Below are positions 51,807-53,982 of a DNA stretch of 53,982 nucleotides, in pieces (the stretch's first letter is position 1; the number at the start of each line of letters is the position of its first letter). The stretch is from Methylococcaceae bacterium. GTDB taxonomy: Bacteria > Pseudomonadota > Gammaproteobacteria > Methylococcales > Methylococcaceae. Under the pieces are notes generated by a model. It was not told the origin of the DNA. It was given only the letters and a program-made list of their open reading frames with translations, and searched no databases. The stretch is taken from contig JBKCCF010000068.1 of assembly GCA_046305255.1 (NCBI GenBank), positions 1-53,982 on the forward strand. The letters run 5' to 3'. Position numbers and translations under genes: made by a program.

Positions 51807-53982
51807 TTGCCCACCTTCGTCCCAGGACAACGCTGGATCAGCGAGACCGAGCCCGAATTGGGCCTTGGCATGGTACTCGCTGTCGAAACCAACCGCGTCA
51901 CCCTCATATTCATTGCTGCAAGTGACCGTCGGATTTACGCAACCAACAATGCGCCATTGACCCGAGTCCGCTTTCAGTTGGGGGACAAGATTGAAAGCCA
52001 TGAGGGGCTCAAGCTAACCGTCACTGCAATTGATGAGCACCAAGGCATACTGACCTACCTCGGTGTGGATGAATACGGCGACACCGCCCGTGTGGAGGAG
52101 ATGGACCTCAGTCATTTCCTCCAGTTTAACCGCCCTCAGGAGAGGCTGTTCACCGGGCAACTTGATGCCCCAGCCATGTTCAATCTCCGCTACGAGACCC
52201 TCAACCTGATTGGCCGACTAGAGCAATCCCCTGTGCGCGGGCTCTGTGGCGGACGCACCAGCCCGATTCCACATCAGTTATTCATTGCCCACGAGGTGGC
52301 AAGCCGGGAGGCACCACGCGTTTTGCTGGCCGATGAAGTGGGCCTGGGTAAAACCATTGAGGCCGGCCTCATTATCCACCACCAATTATTGACCGGTCGT
52401 TCGGAACGGGTGCTGATTGTCGTACCGGACCCACTCCTGCACCAATGGCTGGTAGAGATGCGACGCCGTTTCAACCTCAAGTTCAGCCTCTTCGACAGTG
52501 AACGCTACCTTGAGGCGCACGAAGTGAATCCGTTCCTCAGTGAGCAACTGGTACTCACCAGCCTTGACTTCTTCATGGAAGATCCTGTCCGTCAGGCCAG
52601 GGCCATTGAGGCCGGCTGGGATCTCTGCGTGGTCGATGAAGCTCATCACCTGGGCTGGACCAGTGAATCTGCAAGCCCTGAATATCGCTTTGTTGATGAA
52701 CTGGGCCGGCGAGTGGCCGGCATGCTGCTACTGACCGCGACACCGGAACAGCTTGGCAAGCAGAGTCACTTTGCCAGACTGCGACTCCTTGATCCCGATC
52801 GATTTCATAACTTCGAGCGGTTCCTTGAGGAGGAACGCGAGTACGAGGCGCTAGCCGATGTCATCAAACATCTGCTGGATGACCCCGAACTTGATCTCGA
52901 AACCTTATCGCGACTCAAGGCGTTCATCGCCCTTGATCTCGCCGACGAATTGCTAGCAAAGCTCGACGATCCCGCAGCATCGGAGCGGGCCCGGCAGGAT
53001 CTGATTCAATTGCTGCTGGACCGCCATGGCACAGGTCGCGTTCTGTTTAGAAATACCCGCAACACCATTCAGGGCTTCCCCAGGCGGGAGCTGCACGCCA
53101 CCGCCCTCAGCCTGCCAGCGATCTACGAGGCGCAACCGGGCGCATCGCTGGACGATCTGCTACATCCCGAACGGCAGGCCAGTCTCAATCCCGCGGCCGC
53201 GACGTCCTGGTGGCGACACGACCCCCGCGTCAGCTGGCTAACCGACACGCTCAAGGCCATCCGACCGGCGAAAGCCCTCGTAATTTGCAAGCAGGCCGAA
53301 ACAGCCATGGACCTTGAGGATGCCCTGCGTACAGCCGGCATTCGCTCAGCCCTGTTTCATGAAGGGCTGAGCATCGTCTCTCGCGACCGGGCAGCAGCCT
53401 GGTTCGCCGACGAGGAAGACGGCGCCCAGGTGCTGGTCTGCTCGGAAATCGGCAGTGAAGGCCGCAACTTCCAGTTTGCCCATCATCTGGTGCTATTCGA
53501 CCTCCCGTTAAATCCGGACCTGCTGGAACAGCGCATCGGGCGCCTTGACCGCATCGGCCAGACAGAGACCATCCGCATCCATGCCACCTACTTCGAGCAT
53601 AGCCCACAAAGTACGCTGTTTCGCTGGTATCACGAGGGACTGAATGCCTTCAACCAACTCAATCCAGCCGCCCAAGCGGTTCATGCACAGCTTGCCGAAA
53701 CGCTTGCAAACCTTCTGAGATCGCCGGATGCTGAGGCTGAGACCACCCTGATTAACCAGACCCGCGCACTGTCGGCAGATATCCAGCGCGAACTCCACCA
53801 AGGTCGCGACCGGCTACTCGAGCTCAACTCCTGTCGCGCAACCATCGCCGAGGAACTGGTCGCCAAAGTCCAGCATAGCGATAACGACCCGCAGTTATGG
53901 CCCTATCTGGAGCGGGTCTTCGACGCCTATGGCGTCAGTGTCGAAGAACACTCCGATGACTGCCTGATCCTCAGGCCGGGAG
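51807..53982 (+). CDS. rapA: RNA polymerase-associated SWI2/SNF2 ATPase RapA (HepA), 5' part; the gene continues past the right edge
   Basis: Not in the ORF track because there is no stop in the window. TTG start 9 nt after AGGAG. It reads (M)PTFVPGQRWISETEPELGLGMVLAVE... LIPHQL..APRVLLADEVGLGKTIEAG..VVDEAHHL..LLLTATPEQLG..HFARLRLLDPDRFH.., collinear with E. coli RapA. Confidence 0.92.
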   Translation, partial: MPTFVPGQRWISETEPELGLGMVLAVETNRVTLIFIAASDRRIYATNNAPLTRVRFQLGDKIESHEGLKLTVTAIDEHQGILTYLGVDEYGDTARVEEMDLSHFLQFNRPQERLFTGQLDAPAMFNLRYETLNLIGRLEQSPVRGLCGGRTSPIPHQLFIAHEVASREAPRVLLADEVGLGKTIEAGLIIHHQLLTGRSERVLIVVPDPLLHQWLVEMRRRFNLKFSLFDSERYLEAHEVNPFLSEQLVLTSLDFFMEDPVRQARAIEAGWDLCVVDEAHHLGWTSESASPEYRFVDELGRRVAGMLLLTATPEQLGKQSHFARLRLLDPDRFHNFERFLEEEREYEALADVIKHLLDDPELDLETLSRLKAFIALDLADELLAKLDDPAASERARQDLIQLLLDRHGTGRVLFRNTRNTIQGFPRRELHATALSLPAIYEAQPGASLDDLLHPERQASLNPAAATSWWRHDPRVSWLTDTLKAIRPAKALVICKQAETAMDLEDALRTAGIRSALFHEGLSIVSRDRAAAWFADEEDGAQVLVCSEIGSEGRNFQFAHHLVLFDLPLNPDLLEQRIGRLDRIGQTETIRIHATYFEHSPQSTLFRWYHEGLNAFNQLNPAAQAVHAQLAETLANLLRSPDAEAETTLINQTRALSADIQRELHQGRDRLLELNSCRATIAEELVAKVQHSDNDPQLWPYLERVFDAYGVSVEEHSDDCLILRPG

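Overview
This is a gammaproteobacterial chromosomal segment. The hps-phi (RuMP) gene pair closely resembles the Methylococcaceae versions as I remember them, so the source is probably a methanotroph or methylotroph. All calls come from reading the translations and the DNA by eye; no searches were run.

Most of the window is conserved housekeeping synteny:
- Minus strand: rseP (5' part only, runs off the left edge), dxr, cdsA, uppS, frr, pyrH, tsf, rpsB.
- Plus strand: map, glnD, then glyA, nrdR, ribD, ribE, ribBA, a small unknown ORF, ribH, nusB, thiL, pgpA.
- Minus strand: glnA, a Nudix/ThiE-like fusion, argJ, secA.
- Plus strand: a DUF721/DciA-like gene.
- Minus strand: a tightly packed dcw cluster, lpxC, ftsZ, ftsA, ftsQ, ddl, murB, murC, murG, ftsW, murD, mraY, murE, ftsI, ftsL, rsmH, mraZ. 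murF is missing from its usual slot between murE and mraY.

Upstream of mraZ there is a strong sigma70-type promoter and an array of 5-6 decamer TGGGG repeats (MraZ-box like). Beyond that lies about 420 bp with no convincing ORF.

The right-hand part looks less conserved. After a DUF2892 gene and uvrD it holds a YieH-like HAD phosphatase, a membrane protein with a five-fold TGV(A/E)(K/R)Y repeat, hps-phi, a decayed IS5-family element, and an uncharacterised radical-SAM gene preceded by a Cro/YdaS-like HTH gene with a Cys-rich tail. It ends at rapA.

The supplied ORF track omits both edge-truncated genes: rseP at 1..214 (-) and rapA at 51807..53982 (+). Several track ORFs also start too far upstream, at alternative start codons. 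I saw no rRNA, tRNA or CRISPR array.

The best candidates for something new are the HTH + radical-SAM pair, the TGVAKY-repeat protein next to hps-phi, the His-rich tail on CdsA, and the murF-less dcw cluster. None of them is demonstrably a new system from sequence alone.
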